A stretch of 64,000 nucleotides of DNA from Nitrospirota bacterium (GTDB taxonomy: Bacteria; Nitrospirota; UBA9217): the NCBI GenBank assembly GCA_963740085.1, contig CAVUCU010000001.1:832001-896000 (forward strand). The letters run 5' to 3'. Positions 1 to 10,510 of this stretch are shown piece by piece (the stretch's first letter is position 1; each line of letters begins with the position of its first letter). The notes below the pieces were generated by a model. That model worked only from the letters and a program-made list of their open reading frames with translations, ran no database searches and had not been told where the DNA came from. The position numbers and the translations under genes were made by a program.

Positions 1-380
1 GTCATTACATCGCCCGGAGACATGGTCATGGTCAGACCTGTTGCCTCATCGATATACGTGCCGCCGCTCATCTGCAGCATGACGGGACCGGAGTAGCTGC
101 CGATGGACATGCTGAAATTACCCTGTGCATCCGTCGTTCCGGTTGCTACCTGAGTGCCCATCACGCCGTCCGTGATGCCATATGCCGTTACCGTTGCGCC
201 GCTATCGGTCCCTTTACAGCCGTGCCACTAATCATTCCATTTGCGCCTGTGTCCGCCATTACGCCGGAGTCGTACTGCTGCCTCCGCCGCATCCAAAAAG
301 AGCGACAATGAGCCGATTAAAAGAGTTAGAGCCAGAATTGCTTTGAGATTCTTAACTTTCGCATTGAATACATCCTCCAT
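1..380 (-). CDS. 5' part of a secreted lipoprotein (frameshifted, runs off window start)
   Basis: Minus strand read across frames gives a signal peptide (KVKNLKAILALTLLIGSLSLF), then GCGGGSSTT lipobox-like, then ...GTAVKGP...GATVTAYGITDGVMGTQVATGTTDAQGNFSMSIGSYSGPVMLQMSGGTYIDEATG. At least 2 frameshifts are needed. Confidence 0.55.
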
Positions 381-733
381 AGTTTTTTCTGATATTATTT
401 ACTGCAATTGTGGATTAGACGACGAGGAAAGGAAAAGGTTACAAATAATTCGAGGGATTATTGCTTATGCTATTACCGTTTGTTCCTCTTTTGGTTTCAC
501 AGCGATACTTTCAATACCGACAATTGCTCTAATATTGATACGACTCTCCTCATGAATAGGTCAAGAATTAAGCTGAAGCGCTACAATTCTTCCCAATGCA
601 ATCAGTATGAGAAATGGACCAAGGATATTGATTAATCACAAAGTTGACTATATTTGACAAGAGAATTCCCTTTTTGTCCACCGCGATCCTTCGCGCATCA
701 TGATGGTTCCTCCGAGACTTTCCCGCCGATCGC

Positions 734-1873
734 TCAGAAATGTCCCGCATCGGATCGCGTTGATTTATCGGTCCTCTTAAATCCCGCTTTTTCCCCCCAG
801 ACGCTCACCTGCCAGTTGTCGGCCCTGCCTGATGGAGAGATCCAGGGCGGCAGAGAGAGCCGCAGGAGCCTCGACAAGGCATATACATACGGTTCGTACG
901 TCCGGCGCAGTTCATTCAGTCTCCGGTTCGCCTCTGCTCCTTCTTGCAGGTGCATGCCTTCCTGCTTGAGAACGGTCTGCAGGGAAGCGAGATCAGCCGC
1001 CTGAAGGCGGTCGACCTCGGGCTCGCGGGGCGGCGTGTGAAGGACGAGTGCCAGGTCAACAACGACATGCCGCGCCATGGCAAAGGTCAACTGGGCCTGG
1101 CGCACGCTGTCTCCTTCGGTGCTGGATATGACGAACGAGCAGGTGTCAAGGACCGCGGTGAGCGCCGCGAGCCATGACTGATTGTCGTGCTGGGAGCGGA
1201 AATAGACGAGCACCGGGTAGGAAAGGTGGCTTTCGAGCAGCTCCGCGGACCAGCGCTCCCATTCATGGAGAAGCTGCGTCAGGGAACGGCTGGCGCTGTA
1301 CTGAACGTTCCGCCGGAGTATCTCCCCGGCCGTCGGGGGCGAGCCCGCGCGGGCATCCAGGAGCGAAATGCTTACCTCCCTCCGCGAGAAGGACTGGTTG
1401 AGCGCGGGGAGATAGCTGATAACGAGCGCCAGGAACGCGAACCCCATCCCGCCTTCGAGCACGACCAACAGCCGTGCCGCTGTCGTGCTCGGAGAGACAT
1501 CTCCCAGGCCGACGGTGAAGAACGTCGTGCCGCTGAAATACAGGCAGGTCGCGAAACCAGCCTGCCCTTCCTGTGTTTTGATGGCATTGCCCGGCGCCCA
1601 GTAGAGAAGCGCGAAGCCGATGATCAGAACAGCGGCCCAGATGCCCAGTAAGATAGGCAGCGAGAGCGGACCGTAATAACTCAGATAGTTGTCCTGTTTC
1701 CGCCGCGAAGACATGCGCACTCCTGCGGTCCAGAGCGGCCAGGTGAGCCTGTAGAAAAGGCGTACCAGCCTGAGTCGCCGCGTCACCCGGCGGGGAAGAA
1801 CGACCGTCTCGAAGGCATCCCACAGGACAACAAGAATGAAGAAGATGCCGCTAATTATTGCTGCGAACTGCAT
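734..1873 (-). CDS. Potassium channel family protein (Ion_trans_2 pore domain)
   Basis: TM helices plus pore motif YFSGTTFFTVGLGDV. Start placed at MQFAAII. Confidence 0.85.
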   Translation of the reverse strand: MQFAAIISGIFFILVVLWDAFETVVLPRRVTRRLRLVRLFYRLTWPLWTAGVRMSSRRKQDNYLSYYGPLSLPILLGIWAAVLIIGFALLYWAPGNAIKTQEGQAGFATCLYFSGTTFFTVGLGDVSPSTTAARLLVVLEGGMGFAFLALVISYLPALNQSFSRREVSISLLDARAGSPPTAGEILRRNVQYSASRSLTQLLHEWERWSAELLESHLSYPVLVYFRSQHDNQSWLAALTAVLDTCSFVISSTEGDSVRQAQLTFAMARHVVVDLALVLHTPPREPEVDRLQAADLASLQTVLKQEGMHLQEGAEANRRLNELRRTYEPYVYALSRLLRLSLPPWISPSGRADNWQVSVWGEKAGFKRTDKSTRSDAGHF

Positions 1874-2236
1874 ATCCGCTCTTCCCGCCGCGCCGAACAG
1901 GCAAAGGACCGTGAACATACCCGATAGTCGTATGGGGCTGGTGCTCGATGTTGTCGAGGCGCGCAGCCTCGATTAAAGTATAACACTGAAAAATAAAAGG
2001 GGGGCTGTTGCTGATTTCCGGGGATTTTTTGACTGCTGCCTGTTGTTCGGGTCGCCTGTGCGAACACGAAAAAGAAAAATATGCCGAAAAACTTACAAGC
2101 CAGACGGGGCCGTCGAGGTCATCGGCGGCGTTCTTATGGTAAGGTGGCCCACGAAAGCGGAGACCAGGAAAAACAGCAGGTGAAAAGCCATACAGCGCTC
2201 GTACCCACAAATTTAACTATTCATATCATAATAATT

Positions 2237-2475
2237 AGTTCTTTCGTATTTTAGTCGAAAAGGCTTTTCTCACCACGGAGGCGCGGAGACACAGAGGACT
2301 GATGTTATTTTATTGCGGGGCGTTAAGAGTAGCGTCTTTTTATGATTCTCTAATTTTTTCACGAAAAATCGAAGGATCCAGGGGTTTTTAAAATCCCCCA
2401 GGTTACCAGGCCTTGCTCCGTGCCTCCGTGTCTCAGTGGTTATACCTTGGGTTTCAACTTTTTTACGAATGAACC
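2237..2475. mobile_element. MITE-like non-autonomous element, copy A
   Basis: Imperfect ~25 bp terminal inverted repeats (agttctttcgtattttagtcgaaa / tttcaacttttttacgaatgaacc) and an exact 8 bp flanking duplication TAATAATT (2229-2236, 2476-2483). A reverse-complement copy lies at 45120-45349. Confidence 0.8.
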
Positions 2476-2574
2476 TAATAATTTATTTAATGCAACGGAA
2501 ATCTTCAGGGTCAGGTATTGAGAGGATGTCCCCAATATCCCCAAGATTCGAAGCTCGAACCCTGTTCAAGGACC

Positions 2575-3615
2575 CTACTTGCGTTCAAAGATCGTGATGG
2601 AGCTGTTATTTGCCGTCGAGCCGGCTGCGAGATATTTGCCATCCGGGCTGTACGCAAGGCTGCTGAGACCGCAATCGCTGTCGATCGCCTTCAGCTTGGC
2701 GGCAGTGTTGATGTTCCAAAAGATCAACTTGCAGGCGCTCTCCTGGCCGACCCCCGCCACAGGTATTCCAAAAGCGCCTCTCACGACGACTGCAGTGGAA
2801 ACGGAATCGCCCGATGTCAGAACATTGCTGCCGGGGATGAATGCGAGTACGGACACCTTATCGGAATGACCCTCCAGAGACTTGCCCGGATTCCCGGTTG
2901 CCGCGTCCCAGATCATGATCGTGTTGTCATCGCTGCCGGTGACCAGATGCTTGCCGTCGGGGCTGTAAGCGACCGTATTGACGTTATTCGAATGTCCGCT
3001 CAGGGTCTTAATTTTATCTCCGGTGGCCGCGTCCCATATGATCGCGGACTTATCCTTGCTTGCCGTGGCCACCCGTGACCCGTCGGGGCTGAACGCGATT
3101 CCCATTACATCATCATCGTGGCCGCTTAATTTCTTGAACAGGTCGTCTTTTTTAATATTCCACAACATGGCTTTTTTGTCGTCGCCGGCGATCGCCAGAA
3201 GACTGCCGTCCTGATTGAACGAAAGCGCCCTCACGCTGTTGAAGGCCTTTATCTTTGCGATCTTCTTCCATGTCTGCGCGTCCCATAAGATCACCTTATG
3301 ATCACGATCTCCTGAGGCCAGATATTTTCCATCACGACTGAATGCCAGAGCAGTAACGTCACCATCGTTTTCTTTTTTGAGCTTGTTCGTGATCTGCCAA
3401 TTTGCCCTGTCCCAGAGAATAACCTCTTTGTCGGAGGTGCCGATGGCCATCACCTTACCGTCCGGGCTGAACGCGATGGAGAGTACATCCCCTGAATAGC
3501 CCTTCAGGGTCTTGATCTTTTCATAGTTCAGCGGAACAGACGTCTGTGCTTCTGCTAAGACAGTAGATGTGAAGAAAAGGAGCGTGAAAATAATCAAGCC
3601 GGTTCTCAGTTTCAT
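2575..3615 (-). CDS. Secreted WD40-repeat beta-propeller protein
   Basis: Signal peptide followed by repeated GH...AFSPDG...WD units. Confidence 0.92.
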   Translation of the reverse strand: MKLRTGLIIFTLLFFTSTVLAEAQTSVPLNYEKIKTLKGYSGDVLSIAFSPDGKVMAIGTSDKEVILWDRANWQITNKLKKENDGDVTALAFSRDGKYLASGDRDHKVILWDAQTWKKIAKIKAFNSVRALSFNQDGSLLAIAGDDKKAMLWNIKKDDLFKKLSGHDDDVMGIAFSPDGSRVATASKDKSAIIWDAATGDKIKTLSGHSNNVNTVAYSPDGKHLVTGSDDNTIMIWDAATGNPGKSLEGHSDKVSVLAFIPGSNVLTSGDSVSTAVVVRGAFGIPVAGVGQESACKLIFWNINTAAKLKAIDSDCGLSSLAYSPDGKYLAAGSTANNSSITIFERK

Positions 3616-3789
3616 TATCGGTTACCTCCTCTGACCTGGTTTCATGAGACGCTTTACTTCTTTTTGCTCTTGGGCTTTTTGACTTCTTTCTTTGAACCCT
3701 GCTGAGATTTTGCCATGATCCATCACCTCTTTCGTTTAGTATTCTTGACTTTTGAAAGCCCTGCGCGCAAACGGACAGGATCGACTTAC

Positions 3790-3820
3790 AAAAAAAGGCT
3801 GACCCGCCCGGGTCAGCCTT
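3790..3820 (-). terminator. Rho-independent terminator after the FKBP gene
   Basis: aaggctgaccc/gggtcagcctt stem with a T-run on the minus strand. Confidence 0.75.
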
Positions 3821-3827
3821 CCTGATT

Positions 3828-4527
3828 TTATTTTCCTTGCGCCTTAATTGAGACCAACTCAACCTCGAATATCAGAACCGCGTTCGGGCCGATCGGACCT
3901 CCAACCTTTCTCTCCATATGCAAGGTCTGAAGGGATAAAAAGCTCCCACTTGGAGCCCTCTTTCATGAGCTGCAGGGCCTCGGTCCATCCCTTGATCACG
4001 CCGTTCACGGGGAACGTCGCGGGCTGTCCGCGCTTGTATGAACTGTCGAACTCGGTCCCGTCGATCAGTGTGCCGCGGTACTGGACCGTCACCGTATCGC
4101 TTGCCTTCGGAGACTTGCCTTTCCCCTCCGTGATGACCTTGTATTGAAGACCGCTCGGCAGGGTCTTTACCCCCTTCTTGGTCTTGTTCTGGGCAAGAAA
4201 GGCTGCCCCTTCCTTCTCGTTCTTTTCACCCTGGATTTTTGCTCGCTCCTGTTGTTTTGCCTGGAGGTCCTTCTGGAGGCCCATGATGGTTGCCCTGGCC
4301 TCCTCCTCGGTCATCAGAGGCTTGCTGCCGGACTGGATGTCCTTGATCGCCCTTGCGACGATGTTCGGGTCAATATCGATTTCATTCTTTTTCAGACCAT
4401 TGCCCATATCCAGGCCAATGGCGTAACTGACCTTGTCTTTCTGGGTCTTCAGCTCCGGCTTTTCCCCGGCAAGGACCGGCCCACCGGCCAGCACTAGACA
4501 GATGATAAGTACGAGACTAGCTTTCAT
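3828..4527 (-). CDS. FKBP-type peptidyl-prolyl isomerase (FkpA/Mip-like), frameshift near 3905
   Basis: SYAIG N-domain and YRGTLIDGTEFDSS, VIKGWTEAL motifs. The conserved C-terminus GPIGPNAVLIFEVELVSIK continues in another frame to TAA at 3828-3830. Confidence 0.9.
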
Positions 4528-4823
4528 TAATGTTCTCCTTTTTTCATTTGATTTGACGATTTTAAAAATACCAGCATTCGTTCGTTTTGTCAATCCCCCA
4601 GTGATTGTGCCAGGCGCAAATCAAATTCTTATCAAAATGGCAAGAAAATCCCGAAGCGTATCGCGAATGACACGAAAGGAACGAATTACACTCATAAAAC
4701 CGGGAGATTGTGCCTTTTCTTCGTGCCATTCGAATCATTCGTGCAATTCGTGTTAAGATTTTGGTTCCGGCTCGTCCGGGTCAGAATCTTCAGCTTCAGG
4801 TCCGTCACTACACAGTCCCGGAT

Positions 4824-5675
4824 TTACCGCAGAACATCGAGCAGCGTGAACACGAAGATCGTCACGCTGATGTAACCGTTCATATTGAAAAAAGCCATGT
4901 TCAGTTTTGAAAGATCGTCCTCCCTGACCAGGGTATGCTCGTAAATGATCAGGCAAAGCGCTATGATCACGCCTGCGAGATAATACCAATGGAGCGAGAG
5001 CAGCACATACAGCCAGAAGAGCGCAGCCATCGTGATGGCGTGCGAGCCCCGGGAGATCCAGAGCGACCGTCCTATCCCGAACCGCTGGGGAATGGAGTGG
5101 AGCCCCGCCTTGCGGTCAAAGTCCATGTCCTGGAGGGCATAGAGCACATCGAAACCGAGAAGCCAGAACAGCACCGCAGCGCCGAGCACAAGCGCCGGAG
5201 GCTCGATCTTCCCCGTGACCGCGATCCATGATCCGATCGGCGCGAGGCAGATGGCAAGCCCGAGGAACGCGTGCGACAGGAAAGTGAACCGTTTGGTGTA
5301 GGAATAGAAGAATACGACCGCGAGCGCTACGGGCGACAGAACGAAGCTAAGGGTGTTCAACCGATACGCCGCGTATACCAGCAGGGCCGACGAGACCGCG
5401 GTGAAGAGGATCACCTGGGCAGGCGTCACCAGTCCGCGGGGAAGGGCACGCATGCTGGTCCTCGGGTTAGCGGCATCGAAAACCCGGTCCGCCCACCGGT
5501 TGAACCCCATGGCAGCCGAGCGTGCACCGACCATGGCCACGACGATCCAGAGGATCGTGCTCCACGCCGGCAATCCCCGCGCCGCCAGCAGCGCACCGGT
5601 GAATGCGAAAGGCAATGCAAAGATCGTGTGTTCGAATTTGATCATCTCGAGGATGATCCTTATCTTTTTCAGCAT
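4824..5675 (-). CDS. ubiA: UbiA-family polyprenyltransferase (MqnP-like)
   Basis: IKFEHTIFALPF, ARSAAMGFNRWADR..D..NPRT, and YALQD motifs. Confidence 0.9.
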   Translation of the reverse strand: MLKKIRIILEMIKFEHTIFALPFAFTGALLAARGLPAWSTILWIVVAMVGARSAAMGFNRWADRVFDAANPRTSMRALPRGLVTPAQVILFTAVSSALLVYAAYRLNTLSFVLSPVALAVVFFYSYTKRFTFLSHAFLGLAICLAPIGSWIAVTGKIEPPALVLGAAVLFWLLGFDVLYALQDMDFDRKAGLHSIPQRFGIGRSLWISRGSHAITMAALFWLYVLLSLHWYYLAGVIIALCLIIYEHTLVREDDLSKLNMAFFNMNGYISVTIFVFTLLDVLR

Positions 5676-5821
5676 GTATACCTTTCACAACAGCATTGGC
5701 CGCGACCAGCGAATATCCCCGCCTTCCCCTTTTTCAAGGGGGAAGGCCGGATTTGAAAAACATTTTTGCGAACAAATTACGTCTTAAAAAGAAATGGCGT
5801 ATCCCGGCACTTTATTATTTT

Positions 5822-6116
5822 TGGGTCTTCCGGGTTTTGTGTGGGTCGCTTTTATCTGTTCTAATGCAGCACATGTCACGGTCCTATTTTTTTCTGCACC
5901 CCAGTTCACAGCTCCGCACAGGGCATGATCGCCGGTACTGATAACAAGCCTTTTCGGGCATCGCAGCACTTCCCTTAGATTGGCCGCCTGCACCCGCTCT
6001 ATCGCAAGAGCACGGTGTGTCTGCGTGGCTTTGTGCTTGTTTCGATCGTGTCAGCATGCGCATGCTTATGAGCGAACCTGTTCATGGGATGCAGGGGCTT
6101 CTGGAAAGGCAAAGAG
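5822..6116 (-). repeat. ~300 bp non-coding dispersed repeat, copy 1
   Basis: Reverse complement aligns end to end with 59448-59743, with scattered substitutions and one unrelated 24-25 nt block. Confidence 0.9.
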
Positions 6117-6446
6117 GTTCTGCCGTTCCCCTGCGCCGGGTAGCTCTGACGCGAGAGACACGCATAGCAATGCTGCACAGATCATAGTTACCAGAACACG
6201 ACAAGGCAGACACGGCCGAGCCCTTTTTTAAAGGGCGAGGGTGGAGTGATGCGAGTCCTGCATATCAGGGTGGAGGTACTGTACCTCTTCCCGGCATGCT
6301 GCGTGGCCGAGTGATGAGCTGCCCAAAAAAATCAATGCACACCTGGGACAAGAGCCAACTTAGATAACATTCAGGAAACAGATCGTTCATGAAGAATAAA
6401 AAGCGATACATGCAATTAAGTGACCCACAGAAAAGTCAGAAGAACC

Positions 6447-7349
6447 TTATTTTTGATGCAGCTGTCTCTTCTCCCACTCCCCGATCTTTTTCCTGATCTC
6501 CGGCATGGCCTTCTGAGCCGCCTCGATGCCTGCCTGCATACACCGCTTCTTCTGGCTGAAATCGAGCATCCCCACATCGCCGACGGCCGGCGAAATGAGC
6601 ACGTCGGCATTCTTTCTCGTATATTTCACATTCTCGCCGGACATGATCGTGACCGCCTGCAGCATGACATCGATGAGGTTCGTGATGTTGAAATTAACGA
6701 CATTCACGCCGATGTCCACGGCGATCACGATGTCGGCGCCTCTTTCCCGCGCCACAGAGCTCGGCAGATTCTCCACCACGCCGCCGTCAACCAGGAGCTT
6801 CCCCTGGTAGTCCACCGGGTTGAACACGCCGGGGATGGCGCTGCTCGCGTGCACTGCCTTGGCCACCGAGCCATGGTCGAGGACCACGCGCGTTCCGCGG
6901 TTCAGGTCCGTCGCGACCGCCGCAAAGGGCAATTTGAGGTCCTCGATGTTCGCGACCGGGATCTTTGATCTCACGAAGTCTTCCAGCTTATCCCCTTTGG
7001 CGAGGCCCATACTGGTAAATGCGGAGAGTATCCCGTAATCAAAGACCTGGTCTTTCTCCAGGGAAAACGCCGTCCACTCAAGTTCAAAACTGTTCGCGTC
7101 CGAAGCATAGATCGCGCCGATAAGGCTCCCAACGCTCGTGCCGACGATCATGTCGATCGGGACCTTCTCCTGTTCAAGCGCACGGATAACACCGATATGG
7201 GCGAAGCCTCGCGCAGCGCCGCCGCCGAGCACCAGCGCGATCCTCGGCTTCGGGCTCTCCGTCACGGGCGGCCCCTGTGTTGACGCGCAGGAGGCAAGCA
7301 GCACCGCTAACGTGACCATCGCAAGAACCATCTTTGTTGTTTTCAGCAT
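6447..7349 (-). CDS. Patatin-like phospholipase (lipoprotein)
   Basis: LASC lipobox, LGGGAARG, GTSVG nucleophile elbow and DGG motif. Confidence 0.92.
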   Translation of the reverse strand: MLKTTKMVLAMVTLAVLLASCASTQGPPVTESPKPRIALVLGGGAARGFAHIGVIRALEQEKVPIDMIVGTSVGSLIGAIYASDANSFELEWTAFSLEKDQVFDYGILSAFTSMGLAKGDKLEDFVRSKIPVANIEDLKLPFAAVATDLNRGTRVVLDHGSVAKAVHASSAIPGVFNPVDYQGKLLVDGGVVENLPSSVARERGADIVIAVDIGVNVVNFNITNLIDVMLQAVTIMSGENVKYTRKNADVLISPAVGDVGMLDFSQKKRCMQAGIEAAQKAMPEIRKKIGEWEKRQLHQK

Positions 7350-7410
7350 ACGAACCTCCATCATCAACCACGGAGACGCGGGGTCACGGATCGCTCCATA
7401 ATAATGCTCT

Positions 7411-10047
7411 TTAGTCTGGCTTCTGACTTCTGGCTTCTGACTTCTGTTCTTCCAGCATCTTCACCACTTCTCCGTAGAGCGTTTTCACGATCTCGTCGTA
7501 ATCCCTGCCCCCGGGGTGAATAGCCTTCCCGAACGAGACCCTGACCTTTGACGGCTTCGGGAACATCCTTCCGGACGGCAGCATTTGATAGGTGCCGCTG
7601 ATCGCGACCGGAACGATCGGGATGCTCAGTTCTTTTGCGATGATCCCCACGCCCTTTTTGAACTCCTTGATGCCGCCGTCGCGTGAACGGCTGCCTTCAG
7701 GGAAGACGAGGAGGATCTTTCCGCGACGGAGCACGTATGCCGACAGCTGGAGCGCATTATGCAGCCGAGTGTCCATGTCCACCGGGATCACATGGAAGAT
7801 CTTTGATATCTTCGACATGATCGGCCCGCCGAAATATTCATTATAGCCGAGAAAAAAGAACTGCGAGCCGGTCTTCCCGGAGATCGCGGCAACGATCGCC
7901 GGAACATCCGCAAGGCTCAGATGGTTCGGGGCGATGATGTAAGGCCCCTTCTCAGGCAGGTTTTCGACACCCGTCGCCGACAGTCGGCCGTAGACCTTCA
8001 TCGCCGCGGTGAGCAGCAGTCTGATAGAATCCCGTACTCCTTCCACGATCGGCCCGAACTCGAGCCGGACCGTTTCCCGCGCCTCTTTCTCCGGTTCCTG
8101 AGCCAGGATATCGGCCCACGAGGTCCGTACCCCCCCTCCGGCCTTGAGCGGCCCGGAGGCCAGCAGTTCCTTGATCTTGAGCACCGTGTCCTTCACTGTA
8201 AACACCTCTGATCCGAACGAATCGGGCAGGCTGACGCCGAAGGACTTCTCGATGCTCACGACAAACTCCACGCGCGCGAGAGAATCGAGCCCCAGGTCGA
8301 GCTCAAGATTGTCGCCGGGCGCGATCTTCTTTTTCGCGGAGAACGGTTCGAGACAGGCCACCAGTTTTTTGGCCACCGGGTCCGACAGCAGCGTGCTGTC
8401 GACCTCCGGTACGGTTTTATCGGACGGCTCCCCCCCGTGCTGGTAGAGTTCCCTGACCTTGCTTCTCTTCAACTTGCCCAGACGCGTGGCCGGAAGCGGT
8501 TCTTTGAATATCTTGAGCCCCGTGATCCGTTTGTACGGCGGCAGATCCTTTGCAAGATCTTCGATCTCGAAGGCGATGGTCTCCCGCGAGTTGGAGAGGT
8601 TCTTTTTTTTAAGATAGTCGAAATCCGGGACCACTGCGGCCTCGAGCCCGCGCTCACCCTGGATGAGGCAGATCTCCTTGATCGCCGGTATCTGCTTGTA
8701 GAACTTCTCGAGCTCATCGGGGAAGATCTTCTTCCCCGTCGAGAGCACGATCATCTCCTTGGACCTGCCGGTGATGAAGAAGTAGCCGTCCCTGTCGCGA
8801 TATCCCAGGTCACCGGTGTAGAACCAGCCGTCACGCAGCACTTCCGCGGTCTCCTCAGGTTTCTTGTAGTATCCGAGCATCACGTTCGGCCCGCGCACCG
8901 CGATCTCCCCCATGCCGTTCTCGTCCGGATGATCGATCCTGACCTCCACATCGGGCAAGGCGATGCCGATGGAGCCGGCCTTCTGTTTCGAAAGGGGGTT
9001 GAAGGCCGAGACCGGCGATGTCTCGGTAAGGCCGTACCCTTCGATGATGCTGAAGCCGAGATTGGTCATGTCGGTGTACACGTCGGGCTCGAGCCGGGCG
9101 CCGCCGCTCGCGAAGAACCGGAACCTTTGACCGAATTTGGCATGCACCGCACCGAAGAGCGCCTTGCCGATATTGGTCCCTGTTGTCTTCAGGAGCAGAC
9201 GGTTGATCCCAAGGAACATTCTCACCAGCATGCGTACGGGCGCCGGCTTCTTGCGGATCTCATCGAAAATGGCCCGGCGGAGACCGCTATAGAGCAGCGG
9301 CACGCCGACCAGAACGCTGACCCCGGTCTCCCGCATGCAGGCAAGGATATCAGGCCCCTTGAGACTGTTCAGGATCGTCACGGTTGCGCCAATGGCAAAC
9401 GGCAGCAGGATGCAGACCATCGCGGGATAGGTATGGTGGAGGGGAAGGAGAAGCAGAAGGTTGTCGGTATGGTCGACGAGATCAAGCTTGATCACGCTCT
9501 CCCGATTCGACGCCAGGTTGCCCTGCGAAAGCATCACCCCTTTGGGATCTCCCGTCGTGCCCGAAGTATACAGGATCGCGGCCAGGTCGCCCCCCGACGG
9601 CGCGGGAGGGATCGCGGCATCGTGATGTGCTGTAAGCATGTCATGGAACGGCACGCCCTCGCCGGGATCGAAGGAGATGACGATGAGCGGGCCGTTCCCG
9701 GGCAGTTTTTGACGGCCCCCGTCGGATACAAAGACAGCCTTAGCCTCAGAGCTCGCCAGCAGGAGCGCGACCTCCTTGTCCGTAAGCTGGGCATCCAGCG
9801 GCACGACGACCGCACCGTAAGCCATGACGGCCAGATACGCGATCATCCACTCGGGACGGTTCTCGGAAAGAAGGGCGATCCGGTCTCCCTTGCCGATCCC
9901 GTGTTCGGAGAGCGAGCGGGCAACGGATGCCACGCTCCTGACAAGGTCGCGGTACGTGTACTGCTGATACCGGTCGCCTGTTTTCATCTGGACGGCGATC
10001 TTGTCGGGATACCGCGATGCCGATTCCTGCATTCTGGTAAGGAGCAT
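7411..10047 (-). CDS. Long-chain acyl-CoA synthetase / ACP / PlsC acyltransferase fusion
   Basis: YTSGTTGDPKG AMP-binding motif, DLGLDSL phosphopantetheine site, and NHLSLAD and FPEGSR acyltransferase motifs. Confidence 0.92.
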   Translation of the reverse strand: MLLTRMQESASRYPDKIAVQMKTGDRYQQYTYRDLVRSVASVARSLSEHGIGKGDRIALLSENRPEWMIAYLAVMAYGAVVVPLDAQLTDKEVALLLASSEAKAVFVSDGGRQKLPGNGPLIVISFDPGEGVPFHDMLTAHHDAAIPPAPSGGDLAAILYTSGTTGDPKGVMLSQGNLASNRESVIKLDLVDHTDNLLLLLPLHHTYPAMVCILLPFAIGATVTILNSLKGPDILACMRETGVSVLVGVPLLYSGLRRAIFDEIRKKPAPVRMLVRMFLGINRLLLKTTGTNIGKALFGAVHAKFGQRFRFFASGGARLEPDVYTDMTNLGFSIIEGYGLTETSPVSAFNPLSKQKAGSIGIALPDVEVRIDHPDENGMGEIAVRGPNVMLGYYKKPEETAEVLRDGWFYTGDLGYRDRDGYFFITGRSKEMIVLSTGKKIFPDELEKFYKQIPAIKEICLIQGERGLEAAVVPDFDYLKKKNLSNSRETIAFEIEDLAKDLPPYKRITGLKIFKEPLPATRLGKLKRSKVRELYQHGGEPSDKTVPEVDSTLLSDPVAKKLVACLEPFSAKKKIAPGDNLELDLGLDSLARVEFVVSIEKSFGVSLPDSFGSEVFTVKDTVLKIKELLASGPLKAGGGVRTSWADILAQEPEKEARETVRLEFGPIVEGVRDSIRLLLTAAMKVYGRLSATGVENLPEKGPYIIAPNHLSLADVPAIVAAISGKTGSQFFFLGYNEYFGGPIMSKISKIFHVIPVDMDTRLHNALQLSAYVLRRGKILLVFPEGSRSRDGGIKEFKKGVGIIAKELSIPIVPVAISGTYQMLPSGRMFPKPSKVRVSFGKAIHPGGRDYDEIVKTLYGEVVKMLEEQKSEARSQKPD

Positions 10048-10168
10048 GTCACCTCTACTCGAGAAGGAGCCGGATCGGAACGTCCTCAGAATATAATGGC
10101 ACGGAAGGAAAGTCAATTGAGAACTTAGACAGCAAGGTCCGAGAGTCGGTTTTTCTTACGTGGAAAGA

Positions 10169-10438
10169 TCAGTCCTTTACTGCTTTTTTAATGTCCGCGT
10201 CGGCCTTTTTCCAGGCCTTCTTCGCGTTCTTATCAATTGTCTTCAGGTCTTTTTTTGCCTTCGCGTCAATGGCCTTGAAGTCCCTCTTGGCTTTTTTAGC
10301 CACGGACTTCGTCACCTTTTTCATTCCCGTATCGACCTCTTTGAAACCCTCCTTTACGGACTGCGCCTCCCCATCGGCACGGACCATTGCAGGCGCGGCA
10401 AGCAGACACAGGGTCAGCACAACATATATCAACCGCAT
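10169..10438 (-). CDS. Small secreted Lys/Ala-rich hypothetical protein
   Basis: RBS GAGGAGG, signal peptide, and amphipathic helical repeats. Confidence 0.7.
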   Translation of the reverse strand: MRLIYVVLTLCLLAAPAMVRADGEAQSVKEGFKEVDTGMKKVTKSVAKKAKRDFKAIDAKAKKDLKTIDKNAKKAWKKADADIKKAVKD

Positions 10439-10510
10439 TTCATCCTCCTCACATCATAAGAAGTCAACCTCATTGAGGAACAATACATCGGGAAACGGGG
10501 GATGTCAAGA

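Noticed and set aside
5784-6231. Short ORFs within the ~300 bp repeats (also 59303-59891) as real proteins
   Set aside because: Reading frames are not preserved between copies (indels and stops differ) and there are no RBS or recognisable motifs.
8437-10128. Long antisense ORFs (also 16882-19062, 22403-24079, 29244-31028, 33683-35152, 47152-48303)
   Set aside because: Shadow frames opposite well-identified GC-rich genes, with no motifs of their own.
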